NCBI GenBank assembly: GCA_964016885.1 | Contig: OZ024744.1 | Coordinates: 107,322,001 to 107,386,000 of the forward strand | Length of the DNA: 64,000 nucleotides | From: Eledone cirrhosa | Lineage: Eukaryota | Reading direction: 5' to 3' | Part shown: positions 45,205 to 57,700 of the stretch, one piece after another | How the letters are laid out: every line of letters begins with the position of its first letter | How positions within the stretch are numbered: position 1 is the first letter of the stretch | Notes under the pieces: generated by a model | What the model saw: only the letters and a program-made list of their open reading frames with translations | Databases searched by the model: none | What the model was told of the DNA's origin: nothing | Made by a program: the position numbers and the translations under genes

Positions 45205-45620
45205 GGGTCACTTTGTGGCTCGATGAAAAGTTAATTTAAATAATCAGAGCTATATATCATAAAACATGTCTATAGAATCACCAGATAAAATATATACCAT
45301 TTCCTCTCCCAATTAGCATAATTATTTTACACCTAATTCTGTTTAATTGACTGTATATCTGGGCGATTCATACACGCTGTCGAAATATTCGATAAATATT
45401 CCGTCGCAGCCGGCGCGAAGGGCTGATTTCGGTTATTTGTCGGAGATTTCTTCATAGAAGCCTTTATTTTTATAGCTTGGTTTAATCGATTTTTTATATG
45501 GTTAATTATGCAAATTGGGAGAGGAAATGCTATATATTTTTATCAGGTGATTCTATAGACATGTTTTATGATATATAGCTCTGATTATTTAAATTATTAA
45601 CTTTTCATTGAGCCACAAAG
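45205..45620. mobile_element. Inverted pLTR-tail pair (family 4)
   Basis: 45211-45323 is the reverse complement of ~45504-45620; 45327-45557 matches 46093-46320. Confidence 0.78.
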
Positions 45621-45770
45621 GAAGACCAAGGTTAACGTATGTTGATGCCCTAAGGACAGACACTGGTCTGTTGAGACGCAGGATATGGCAGCGATAATGA
45701 GGGACAGAGACCGCTGGAGAGAACTCGTCCATGGATCTCGGGAATTTTACCCGCCTAGATAGATAGATAT
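45621..45770 (+). mobile_element. RTE family C extreme 3' fragment with (TAGA)n tail
   Basis: Matches 25860-26008; a shorter minus-strand copy lies at 46433-46490. Confidence 0.9.
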
Positions 45771-45981
45771 ATATGTAAACCTTTATATGTAATAATCTCC
45801 TGTTAGGTTGAGATACAATTTTGGCTGTATTGTGCTGCGCTTTCTAGCATAAAGCCACCAGCCGTAAGCAACTAACCACATTCCTTCTAACCTGACCACT
45901 GCTACGTCACGATTCTTAGCCATTTTTGAATGTATTCTTGGCGCGATCACTTTGGAAAATTTATTGTCTAAATTTGAGCTA

Positions 45982-46059
45982 ACTTCCTGAAGAGTCCGGT
46001 GCTCTAGGTGTCCGAAGCTATCGGATATCTTAAAATGCGGACGAAACCATGGTCGAGGT
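45982..46059 (+). ncRNA. Hammerhead ribozyme (family 4) with extended stem II, in pLTR 45775-46320
   Basis: acttc CTGAAGA gtccg...[aggtgtccga-agcta-tcggatatct]...cggac GAAA ccatgg TC gaggt; GUC triplet and palindromic accatggt. Confidence 0.92.
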
Positions 46060-46314
46060 AACTAAATATGTTCACTTTTATCCTAGTTTATTTTATACCT
46101 AATTCTGTTTAATTGACTGTATATCTGGGCAATTCATACACGCTGTCGAAATATTCGATAAATATTCCGTCGCAGCCAGCGCGAAGGGCTGATTTCGGTT
46201 ATTTGTCGGAGATTTCTTCATAGAAGCCTTTATTCTTATAGCTTGGTCTAATCGATTTTTTATATGGTTAATTATGCTAATTGGGAGAGGAAATGGTATA
46301 TATTTTATCTGGTG

Positions 46315-46356
<42 letters not shown>

Positions 46357-47001
46357 TAAATTCAGCGAGTCTCGTATTTTGGCGGGTCAGAAATAAGCGA
46401 AACGCAATATCCGAGTTATATATATATATATTCTAGGGCGGGTAAAATTCCCGAGATCCATGGATGAGTTCTCTCCAGCGGTCTCTGTCCAACACCACTA
46501 CCAACACTAGGGAGGAGGTCAGCTGTACTTAACAAAAACAATCACAACAGATTGCCTTGCCTCAGAAAAATTTCTATAGACTTTTGACTGAGGAATGTTC
46601 TCACAACTGACCAATGGGAGGAGAGAGTGTCCTTTGACGCCGAAATTCGTTTGTTCGAATTCATATGATTCCGGTTCCTCAGGGAAATAACAACCCAACC
46701 AGGAACTGGGCATATCAGAGTATTGACGGAGTTAAACACTTCAACAACATGTGTACCTGTCTCTACCACACCAATTCGGACTGCCTGAAGAGGTCACAGC
46801 CAAAGATGGTTGTCACCGAAATATATATATACCAGTACACCTTTAATAAATGAAGCTAAATTCTAAATATTTGACTTAATTATTTTATTTTACATTACTC
46901 CAGAGTAACCAAACCAGCCTGCGTACTTCGTCGAGTGCTCCAATATGCATACTGAGGAGTCGGTAAACAACCAACATATACTCAAAATTTATATATATAT
47001 A

Positions 47002-47340
47002 CATGGCTTAGTGGTTAGAGCATTGGCCTTGCAATCGAAAGGTTGTGAGTTCAATTCTCAGACCGGGTGATGTGTTGTTTCCTTGAGCAAGACACTTTAT
47101 TTCACATTGCTCCAGTTTACTCAGCTGTAGAAATGAGATGATAGGGACTGGGGTCCATATCATTCCACTGCAAAGTGGTCGTGGAGGTGCCACGGCAAAA
47201 AAGCACCCAGCACTCACTGTAAATGAGGTTGGTGTTAGGAAGGGCATCCAGCTGTAGAAATCAAGCCAGAATCAGTTCCCGTCCCACCCTTGCAAGCAGG
47301 GAAAAAGCGGACATAAAATGAAATGATGATGATGAAAATG
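47002..47340 (+). mobile_element. Full SINE with an RTE family B-type tail
   Basis: Same family as 22621-22940. An older diverged SINE follows at ~47468-47715. Confidence 0.88.
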
Positions 47341-47777
47341 ATATATATATATATTTATGTTAGGTTGTTTACCAATGGTTAGAACTGGTTGTTCTGCAGA
47401 GTTAGAATTCTAAAGTAAATTTTCTAGTCCGGCCTTCTATTGTTGTTTTATATATACAAATATGTGTATGTGGCTTTGTGGTTAGAGAGTTGGATTTACA
47501 ACCGTTGGGTTGTGAGTTCAATTACTGGACTGGGTGATGCATTGTGTCCTTCAGCAAGACACTTTATTTCACATTGCTCCAGTTCACTCAGCTGTGGAAA
47601 TGTATTGTAATGTTACTGGTGCCAAGCTGTATCAGCCATTGCCTTTCTATTGGTCAACATCAGTGGCATGGAGAGAGAAGACTGGTATAGATGGGTGACT
47701 ACCGTATACCTTCCTAGGTACTCTGTGTACCTAGGTATACGGCAGATAGTATATATATATATATATATATATATACT

Positions 47778-48230
47778 ATGGCGCTATGCAGTTATACAGA
47801 AGACCTGCCTTCCCTTGCATACAAACTTAAACCTACAGTCAGTAGGCACTTCTTAACCCAATATACACCCCACCCCACAAACCCTACTCCATCCTCCCAC
47901 TTCCATCCACACCACCCTTTCTCTGTAAAGTTATGTTGGTACCACAGAACACCCAGTCCATGCTGTAAAGTGGTCATGTCGGTGATATGACAAAAAACAC
48001 CCGGTCCACACCGTAAAGTAGCCATGTAGAAAACATGGTAAAAAGGCTCCCAGTCCACACTGTAAATGTGGTTGGTCTTAGGAAGGGCATCCAACCATAG
48101 AAAACCTGCCAGAGACAGTTCTGTACGAGCGAGACACGGTCTCCTGACCAATCTTGCCTCAAGTGGGACAAAACCGTTCAACCCATACTAGCATGGAAGA
48201 TGGACGTTAAACAATGATAATGATGATGAT
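47778..48230 (+). mobile_element. Diverged RTE family A-like 3' end
   Basis: WRYAVIQKT C-terminus, 3' UTR homologous to 25212-25647, and (GAT)n tail. Confidence 0.8.
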
Positions 48231-48235
48231 ATATA

Positions 48236-49645
48236 CTATCATCATTGTTTTTACATCCATTTTTCCAGGCTTGCATGGGTTTTAAGCACACCATCTCTCT
48301 ACTTACCATGTTCCTACATCATCCCCTATGTGAGTTTCAGTGATTCAAGGTCAGCTTTCACAACTTCTGTCCAAATCTTTCTTGGTCTACCTCTACTGCT
48401 ACTTCCCTCCACTGGGATTACCTGGCTCTTGTTCACCCAGTGATCATCATCTATGTGCATCATATGTCCATACCAATGCAATCTTCTCTCCTACAAACCA
48501 CCTCAGATTCCTCTTATATCCAGCTTCTCCCCCAGTTCATCCAAGCTCTGCCTTTCTGTCACATTTGCGTTACACATCCAACGAAGCATAGCCGCTTCAT
48601 TTCTCTCTAGCCTACGCATGCTCTTTCCCTTACACCACGATGCAGCATCACACTTCACACACAGGCCTCATACAGCCATTTTGTACATAGGGAGAAACCT
48701 TTTGTTGTCAACAGTGGGAGTAGTTCTCTAAACTTCTTCCATCCTATCCTTATTCTAGCTATTATACTCTCAGTACACCCACCTTCACTGCTAATTAAGT
48801 CACCTAGATACCAGAAGCTATCAACCACATCTATAGATCCTTCCTGTGACTGGAAAAGGTTTATATCATTAGCAGTCTTCCTCTCGATTACTCATGTGCA
48901 TCTTCTACCTGCAAAGTGCTCCCTTCCTTTTAGTCTACTCGTTATCCCACTACATCTCTTGTGTACTCAAGATTTACATTGTGTACATTGTATGGAGTTT
49001 ATGTCTACTCCTTTTCTAAATATTGAGCAGGGTCACTTCCCTGAAGGAATCAGGGTCCTATCTTCTTTCCTACACACTAGTACTTTAGTTTTACTCCCAG
49101 TTTTTTTATTCCAAATTCTGTTTCCATAGTTGGAACTTATTTTCTAATACTTTTATGGATTCAGCTATAAGGACCAAATCATCCGCGTAAAGAAGTTTAC
49201 AAGGGTAGCTAGTCTTAAACTTCTCTATTATAGCCTGGAGAACTATAATGAATAGTAGTGAGCTAAGAACCAAACCCTGATGAACTCCTACCTGTACCTT
49301 GAATTCCTCACTAAACTCACTTCCTACTCTCACTTTACTGACAGCTCCTCTGTACATGGGTTGCACTGTTCTCACCAATCATTCTTCTACATCTAATTTC
49401 CTTAAGGACCACCACATAATAGATCAAGGTATTCTGTCAAAGGCCTTTAATAGATCAACAAAAGCTAAATATAGTGACTTATTCTTGGCTAGGAACTTCT
49501 CTTGTAGTTGTCTCACTAAGAAGAGAGCATCTGTAATACTTTTCCCAGACAGGAAACCAAATTACATCTCATCTAATTTTACTCTTTCCCTAATTAGCTG
49601 CACTATAACTCTTTCTGTCACTTTTTTAACTTGGTCCATTAGTTT
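48236..49645 (-). pseudogene. Decayed RTE LINE (RT + PHD-like region + tail)
   Basis: GVHQG..., LLYADDLVL and GK.PC motifs, with stops and frameshifts. Confidence 0.88.
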
Positions 49646-49739
49646 TCTGCTAGCCTGAGAAGTGTGCATATTGATATTATGCACAAATATATATGCATAG
49701 AGATATGATACGTAAATTGACAATATCTTTTTCTTCGCC

Positions 49740-50375
49740 CACTTATTCCTGAGAGGGTTGTGGGGGCAGAGTCCTTACACATTCCTTCCAGCAGGTCCTG
49801 TCAGAAGCAAACATTTCCAACTGATGCTACTGAATCCCCAAGCATGACCAGCCAAGCTCATAGATGTTATACAACCATCTTGCTCAGGATCTACCCCTGG
49901 GTCTGCTACTGGTTGGTTTTGCCCATAAAATCTGTCCAGCGATTCTTTCCTGAAACATTCTAACCACATGACCATAGTTCCGGAACTGTGATCTCTAAAT
50001 TCAGAGAAGTAGTGGCTCTACCTGGAGTGACTCTCTGATCTCTGAGCTATGCACTTTATCGAGAAACATTACTCCAAAGACCCTTTGGGAGAATCCCATT
50101 TCAGCCACTTGTATTCATGATTATATTCTTTCAGTCATTACCCAAGATTCATGACCATAGGTAAGGGTTGGCACAAAAGCTGAATTGAAGACAGCGTATT
50201 TGGCTTTTACACCTACCTCCCTTCTTCTGATTACTGAATGCTGAAGCTGGTGCATTACTGCATCAGCTTTTGCAATTTTTGCACTTAATTCAGCCTCCTT
50301 CCCCCTATCACTCATTAACACAGCGGTGAGATACTTGAACTTCTCTACCTGCTTCAGTAGAACTCCATTCACATG
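49740..50375 (-). pseudogene. Decayed RTE-clade 3' fragment (another family)
   Basis: VEKFKYL...PTLTYGHESWVMTERI. Confidence 0.8.
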
Positions 50376-50497
50376 TATATAAATTTGAGCAACTTTTGTC
50401 CATCCGTCTGTCACACAATGTGTTTGTGTGAATGTATGTGTGTGTAAAAGGAAGGAAAGGGATACACACATATATAAGTCTCTAACTTAAAAAAGGT

Positions 50498-50550
<53 letters not shown>

Positions 50551-50589
50551 GATATTAACAAATGGAAACTATATTTATAAAACCATATC

Positions 50590-50654
50590 TATTTTATTAT
50601 ACATATTTCAAGGATACCATGTTAAATTATGGTATGCTTTCATCAGACAAAATA
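50590..50654 (-). ncRNA. Minimal hammerhead ribozyme (family 3) in pLTR 50548-50735
   Basis: Reverse complement reads tattttgt CTGATGA aag-c-ataccata...catggtat-c-ctt GAAA tatgta TA ataaaata; compensatory agg/cct to aag/ctt. Confidence 0.9.
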
Positions 50655-50817
50655 CAATATATACCAGTTTTATAAATAAATATTAACATACCCTTTCAAA
50701 ATGCGACCGTTACTTTTGGAAGACATCAGGGATAGTATATATATATATCTATATATATATATATATATATACACATATCATTATATATATATAGTATATA
50801 TATATATATATATATTA

Positions 50818-51270
50818 GAAAGTGAGGTTTTTTTTACAAATTGAAAAATAACCGAGGTGTCCTACACGAGTGAAAGTAGAAAGAAACAGAGATGAAATCG
50901 AAAATGCAACTGGAGTCTTATTTTTCTTTTAAATATATATATTTATTTGGTTCCTTTACCGGTTTCGGAGTTCTTCTGCTTTTCAAAAGTAGAGTTGAGA
51001 TGGAGGGTCTGTGGTTTTTCTCACATGTGAGAAAAACCACATGTGAGAAAAACCTTTACCGGTTTCGCAGTTCTTCTGCTTTTCAAAAGTAGAGTTGAGA
51101 TGGAGAGTCTGTGGTTTTTCTCACATGTGAGAAAAACCACAGACCCTCCATCTCAACTCTACTTTTGAAAAGCAGAAGAACTGCGAAACCGGTAAAGGAA
51201 CCAAATAAATATATATATTTAAAAGAAAAATAAGACTCCAGTTGCATTTTCGATTTCATCTCTTTTTCTT
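50818..51270. mobile_element. Inverted/tandem pLTR cassette (family 6) with three variant hammerheads
   Basis: 50888-51040 is the reverse complement of ~51111-51263, with an internal 100-bp tandem; motif copies at 50954-50989 (-), 51054-51089 (-) and 51162-51197 (+). Confidence 0.8.
51162..51197 (+). ncRNA. Variant hammerhead (U3-A8 core)
   Basis: ctt TTGAAAA gcag-aagaa-ctgc GAAA ccgg TA aag. Confidence 0.72.
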
Positions 51271-51575
51271 TATATATATATATATATACACATATCATTT
51301 TATGCAGCTTTTCCCTGTTTGCATATATATATATACAAGAAGGAAGTACAGCATAATCGAAGCTCTGGTTGCGGGCAAGCTAACGTATGCAGTTGGGATG
51401 TGCAGCTAAAGCACTCAATAAGGAAATTTACCTTAGAGTTATAACATTACGTTTAGACAGCTATGCAAATTGAAGACAGCGACCGAAATGCGAGCCGCTA
51501 GGACCAGAACAACGAAAAAAAAACGACTCAGGAAAATCTTTGACAATTACCTGGACCATCATGGATATATTACAT

Positions 51576-51740
51576 AATTGTTTCTACGTTAGGCACAAGG
51601 CCAGCAATTACCCAGTGTATTACTGGTACTTTATTTTATCACCCCCCGTAAGGTTGAAAGGCAACGTTAACCTCGCCGGGATTTGAACTCAGAATGACAA
51701 GGGCCGTAACTCTATGCGTCAAAGCATGGCGCCCGACCCT
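51576..51740 (-). mobile_element. Second SINE family (tRNA B box + gcctttcatcc...gtcgataaaat...gtacc domain)
   Basis: Homologous copy at ~53907-54095 (-) and a degenerate + copy near 40946-41000. Confidence 0.7.
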
Positions 51741-52353
51741 AATATTATATAACATCTCCACTAGGTTTCTGTAAATCCGAAATCAACAAAATCCATTTGC
51801 AAGGGCCTGGCCTGCAGGTTAATTGGTCTTTGGAAGATAGAACAGGGGAATATACTTCGTCAACAAGTTTTCGTTCTGCCGACACCGGTTGTAAGAACTA
51901 GTAGTAAACACTGTCAGTAGTCACGTGGTTTCTATATATGACACACACACACATATCTCTAATCTAAGAGCGCTGACAAACTTTCGCGTGTACACATACA
52001 CATATGTATGCACACATACACACACTGTCCTATTATCACTTAAGAAAGGGGAGAGTTCAAATGTGTTGTTAAGAATAAATAAATAAAAAGTTATACTTCG
52101 GTTTACCCTCCCATTTCTAAATTATCGAATGCTGCTATCATGCTGTTTGTGAATGTATGTGTGTGTGTTTGTTTGTGTGAATGTGTGTGTGTTTGTGTGA
52201 ATGTATGTGCATTTGTGTGAAAGTATGTCCGTGAGTTTATTTTTGTAAGTGTGTCTGTGTCTGCACGTTTATATTTATATACTCATATGTATAAATGTAT
52301 GTATATGCACATATACACACGCATATTGAAAAACACATCAGCATGTTGAAAAA

Positions 52354-52414
<61 letters not shown>

Positions 52415-52767
52415 ACTGTCACATAATCACTATCTGTACCCCCTCCCCCCTTCAAACAATCTCTCTTTCTTTCTCACTCTGCCTATATATATGGTAGTTA
52501 AAGAGGTGGTGGTGGTGGTTATCGTTGGAGTTGATAGTGATTAGGTTTATTGGTACTAATTTTATAAAACCAAAGAAGAACCACAACAGTTGTAATGCAC
52601 TTGAGCACTGTACACAATAATTTTCATTGTTATACATACACCATCCCAGATATGCTAATGAACCCGACTTTACAGCGAAATGTATTGATATCAATGCGAA
52701 ATAACGGAAGTTGAAATTTGAAACTTTTAAAAGAAGTGAATCTTGAAATAAGCAATACATCTATATA

Positions 52768-52984
52768 GGAGTCGATCGACTTTCGTCAAATCGGACCGAG
52801 GGAACAATGTTTCCGTTGGTCTTTCCAATTGCTAATACTATCTATCGGTCGCAACTCCAGGTAGAAGGAGCAACGTGAAATAAAGTGTCTTGCCCAAGGA
52901 CATAACGCATCGCCTGGTCCAGGAATCGAACTCACAACCTTATGATTGTGAATCCAATTCTCTAACCACTCAGCCACATGCCTT
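52768..52984 (-). mobile_element. SINE (tRNA head + partial core + structured tail) with 15-bp TSD
   Basis: Flanked by caatacatctatata at 52753-52767 and 52985-52999. Confidence 0.82.
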
Positions 52985-52991
52985 CAATACA

Positions 52992-53237
52992 TCTATATAT
53001 CTAAAACAGAGAATGTCTGTCTGTCTGATTCCGTAAAACTCGAGAACCACCCAACCAATTTTTTCAAACTTTACACATGTAATAAGTATAGTAGTGTGAG
53101 TGTTTTGAGGAAAAATGAGGAAAAAAATATTTCAAATTTTCAATGCCCTAGGGACCGCATTAGATAGCTATAACGTCGCACCTTTATAATATCTGTCTGT
53201 ATGTCTGGCTGTCTGCATTACGACATTATGACACTAA

Positions 53238-53272
<35 letters not shown>

Positions 53273-53279
53273 TATATAT

Positions 53280-53319
<40 letters not shown>

Positions 53320-53846
53320 GTGTGTAACGTTTTTCGAAATATTTACTTTTGCGTTCACAGATTGATTTTTTTAGTTTCAGAAGATCCCGTTATTTTAATA
53401 TATATATATATAATTATATATTCGTGTACAGATATTTGTGCATACACAATAACAAAATATAATCAAACGTATTTATTTCATGAGGCTTGATAAGGATAAA
53501 TATATATCAAATATATGGAAACCCTAGAGCAAATATTGTTCTCATTGCTGACGAAGCAGAAGGGGATATACACGATTGGCAGAAGAAAGACAAGACTGTG
53601 TTAGTAGTACGATCAACGGCTGCTATCAACAGCAACAAAAACAACAACAAAAAAGAAGGGAATGCAATTACAAGCTTTTGAAAAATCTTAATGGAAAATT
53701 ATTTGCCTATTCGCCCAAGGCGACTTCCCTTTTTATTAGGGCTTTTGCATCAATTGGTGAATATACGACGAAATTGTTTCGGAAAGAAGGGATAAACATG
53801 CCAATCTATGTTTAGAATCCCGAGCAACGCCGGGCCATTCTGCTAG
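52992..53846 (+). mobile_element. Non-autonomous Helitron-like element
   Basis: A|TCtatatat...(tgtc)n 5' end; 3' hairpin cccgagcaacgccggg followed by CTAG|T. Confidence 0.72.
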
Positions 53847-53906
53847 TTATACATAAAATTATTTATGTTTGATCAAGAGCCATGAAATTTAGTAGATAAA
53901 TTATAT

Positions 53907-54095
53907 AATTGTTTCTACTTTTGGCACAAGGCCAGCAATTATCCCAGTGTATTACTGGTACTTTATTTTATCGACCTCGTAAGGATGAAAGGCAAAGTTA
54001 ACCTTGGCAGGATTTGAACTCAGATCATAAAGGGCTGTAACTATGCTACAAAGCATGGCGTCCAACCCTCTACCGATACTGCCAATCCACCACCC
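53907..54095 (-). mobile_element. Second-family SINE copy
   Basis: Homologous to 51576-51740. Confidence 0.72.
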
Positions 54096-54234
54096 TGTTA
54101 TATTATTATATAATATTCATTCATGATTTATTCAAAGTAATCCAACTTATTTTAATAAAAGGATAAAAGAAAATAAGCTGAACACAGTCTTGCAGCTCTA
54201 CATTTATTATATCATAGATTCCCCTGTACTTGAG

Positions 54235-54670
54235 CATTATCTTTACTCTTGTAGTGATTTATGATTGTGTTGTTGCACCAATCATTGGGTATGACACCGT
54301 TCGGCATTACCTAATTCATTGTGTGGGTTACTAGTTCAATTCCTACTTTTCCCATGCTTTTAGCATCTCAGCAACTATCTCTTATGATCCTACAGCTTTA
54401 CCATTCTTCATCTTTTTGAAAACTGTCAACTTTCATAGCTGGTCTTTCTGTTGAGTTAGCTGGAGGTAGTTTCTCTTCCTTCCATTTATTCTCTACATTC
54501 ATCAGTTTCCCTTAGTAACATTTCAGCATTTCAGGTCCTCTTTCTTTTAGGCACCAGAATGCTAAATATACCAGTGTCATTTCTAACACATCCCCCCCCT
54601 CCCCAATATCTCGACTTATACTAACACACTGCCTTGCAGTACAGAACACATCATGTCTCTGGTTCTCATG
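54235..54670 (-). pseudogene. Decayed RTE pre-RT fragment
   Basis: Reverse complement encodes [19 protein letters not shown]...GVIPNDW. Confidence 0.75.
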
Positions 54671-54784
54671 ATGTGACTTGTGGCTGGGATAGAGCACCAG
54701 TCAGTCAGTAGGTGACCAATGGTGGAACAGTTCAGAGAACAGAGCCACCAAAGCCATGAGACAGGTGAGGAAAGACTGAAAATA

Positions 54785-57700
54785 TGGGGCTAGCAGACCA
54801 GTACCAGGTGGCTTAGAAAGAACCTAGGTGACAAGTATACACAGTTCGGAGAGAGGTTGAAGATAGATAGTTTGCCAATATCCTGAGATGTGAAGATCAG
54901 AGACATAAAGTGTTCTACATTGCAAGACAGTGTCAGTGTGGATTGAGAGGTTGTTGGGGAAAGATGTGTTAGAAATGACACTGGTGTATTTAGACTCACT
55001 GATGCTCAAAAGATAGCGGCCTAGAAATGTTATTATGAGAGATTGATGAATGTAGAGAATGAATGAGAGAAAGAAAGACTACCCCCAGCTTACCCAACAG
55101 TAGGACAAGCTATTGAAGTAGACAGTTATAGGGTCAAAGAAGCAATTAAAGAGATAAAGAAAGGTAAATCTGCAGGATCATCAGAGATAGTTGTTGAGAT
55201 GATAAAAGCACTGAGAGTAGGAGTCAGACTAGTAACCCATATAGTCAATCAGGTAATACAGGGTGGTGTCATACCTAATGACTGGTACAGCAGTACAATT
55301 GTCACCTACATAGTCAATCAGGTAATACAAGGTGGTGTCATATCTAATGACTAGCACAGCAGTTCAATTGTCACCTACATAGTCAATCAGGTAATACAGG
55401 GTGGTGTCATACCTAATGACTGGTACAGCAGTACAATTGTCACCTACATAGTCAATCAGGTAATACAGGATGGTGTCACACCTAATGACTGGTACAGCAG
55501 TATAGTTGTCACCTACATAGTCAATCAGGTAATACAAGGTGGTGTCATATCTAATGACTAGCACAGCAGTTCAATTGTCACCTACATAGTCAATCAGGTA
55601 ATACAGGGTGGTGTCATACCTAATGACTGGTACAGCAGTACAATTGTCACCTACATAGTCAATCAGGTAATACAGGATGGTGTCATACCTAATGACTGGT
55701 ACAGCAGTACAATTGTCACCTACATAGTCAATCAGGTAATACAAGGTGGTGTCATACCTAATGACTGGTACAGCAGTACAATTGTCACCTACATAGTCAA
55801 TCAGGTAATACAAGGTGGTGTCATATCTAATGACTAGCACAGCAGTTCAATTGTCACCTACATAGTCAATCAGGTAATACAGGGTGGTGTCATACCTAAT
55901 GACTGGTACAGCAGTACAATTGTCACCTACATAGTCAATCAGGTAATACAGGATGGTGTCATACCTAATGACTGGTACAGCAGTACAATTGTCACCTACA
56001 TAGTCAATCAGGTAATACATGAGTGTCATACCTAATGACTGGTACAGCAGTACAATTGTCACCTACATAGTCAATCAGGTAATACAGGATGGTGTCATAT
56101 CTAATGACTGGTACAGCAGTACAATTGTCACCTACATAGTCAATCAGGTAATACATGACAGTATCATACCTAATGACTGGTACAGCAGTACAGTTGTCAC
56201 CTACATAGTCAATCAGGTAATACAGGGTGGTGTCATACCTAATGACTGGTACAGCAGTACAGTTGTCACCTACATAGTCAATCAGGTAATACAGGATGGT
56301 GTCATATCTAATGACTGGTACAGCAATACAGTTGTCACCTACATAGTCAATCAGGTAATACAGGGTGGTGTCATACCTAATGACTGGTACAGCAGTACAG
56401 TTGTCACCTACATAGTCAATCAGGTAATACAGGACAGTGTCATACCTAATGACTGGTACAGCAGTATAATTGTCACCTACATAGTCAATCAGGTAATACA
56501 GGATGGTGTCATATCTAATGACTGGTACAGCAATACAGTTGTCACCTACATAGTCAATCAGGTAATACAGGGTGGTGTCATACCTAATGACTGGTACAGC
56601 AGTACAGTTGTCACCTACATAGTCAATCAGGTAATACAGGATGGTGTCACACCTAATGACTGGTACAGCAGTACAGTTGTCTCCTACATAGTCAATCAGG
56701 TAATACAGGGTGGTGTCATATCTAATGACTGGTACAGCAGTATAGTTGTCACCTACATAGTCAATCAGGTAATACAAGGTGGTGTCATATCTAATGACTA
56801 GCACAGCAGTTCAATTGTCACCTACATAGTCAATCAGGTAATACAGGGTGGTGTCATACCTAATGACTGGTACAGCAGTACAATTGTCACCTACATAGTC
56901 AATCAGGTAATACAAGGTGGTGTCATATCTAATGACTAGCACAGCAGTTCAATTGTCACCTACATAGTCAATCAGGTAATACAGGGTGGTGTCATACCTA
57001 ATGACTGGTACAGCAGTACAATTGTCACCTACATAGTCAATCAGGTAATACAGGGTGGTGTCATACCTAATGACTGGTACAGCAGTACAATTGTCACCTA
57101 CATAGTCAATCAGGTAATACAAGGTGGTGTCATACCTAATGACTGGTACAGCAGTACAATTGTCACCTACATAGTCAATCAGGTAATACAAGGTGGTGTC
57201 ATATCTAATGACTAGCACAGCAGTTCAATTGTCACCTACATAGTCAATCAGGTAATACAGGGTGGTGTCATACCTAATGACTGGTACAGCAGTACAATTG
57301 TCACCTACATAGTCAATCAGGTAATACAGGATGGTGTCATACCTAATGACTGGTACAGCAGTACAATTGTCACCTACATAGTCAATCAGGTAATACATGA
57401 GTGTCATACCTAATGACTGGTACAGCAGTACAATTGTCACCTACATAGTCAATCAGGTAATACAGGATGGTGTCATATCTAATGACTGGTACAGCAGTAC
57501 AATTGTCACCTACATAGTCAATCAGGTAATACATGACAGTATCATACCTAATGACTGGTACAGCAGTACAGTTGTCACCTACATAGTCAATCAGGTAATA
57601 CAGGGTGGTGTCATACCTAATGACTGGTACAACAGTACAATTGTCACCTACATAGTCAATCAGGTAATACAGGGTGGTGTCATACCTAATGACTGGTACA

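Noticed and set aside
46490-46853. Short ORFs in mixed-composition sequence
   Set aside because: No recognisable domain or splice pattern; possibly LTR-like repeat but unsupported.
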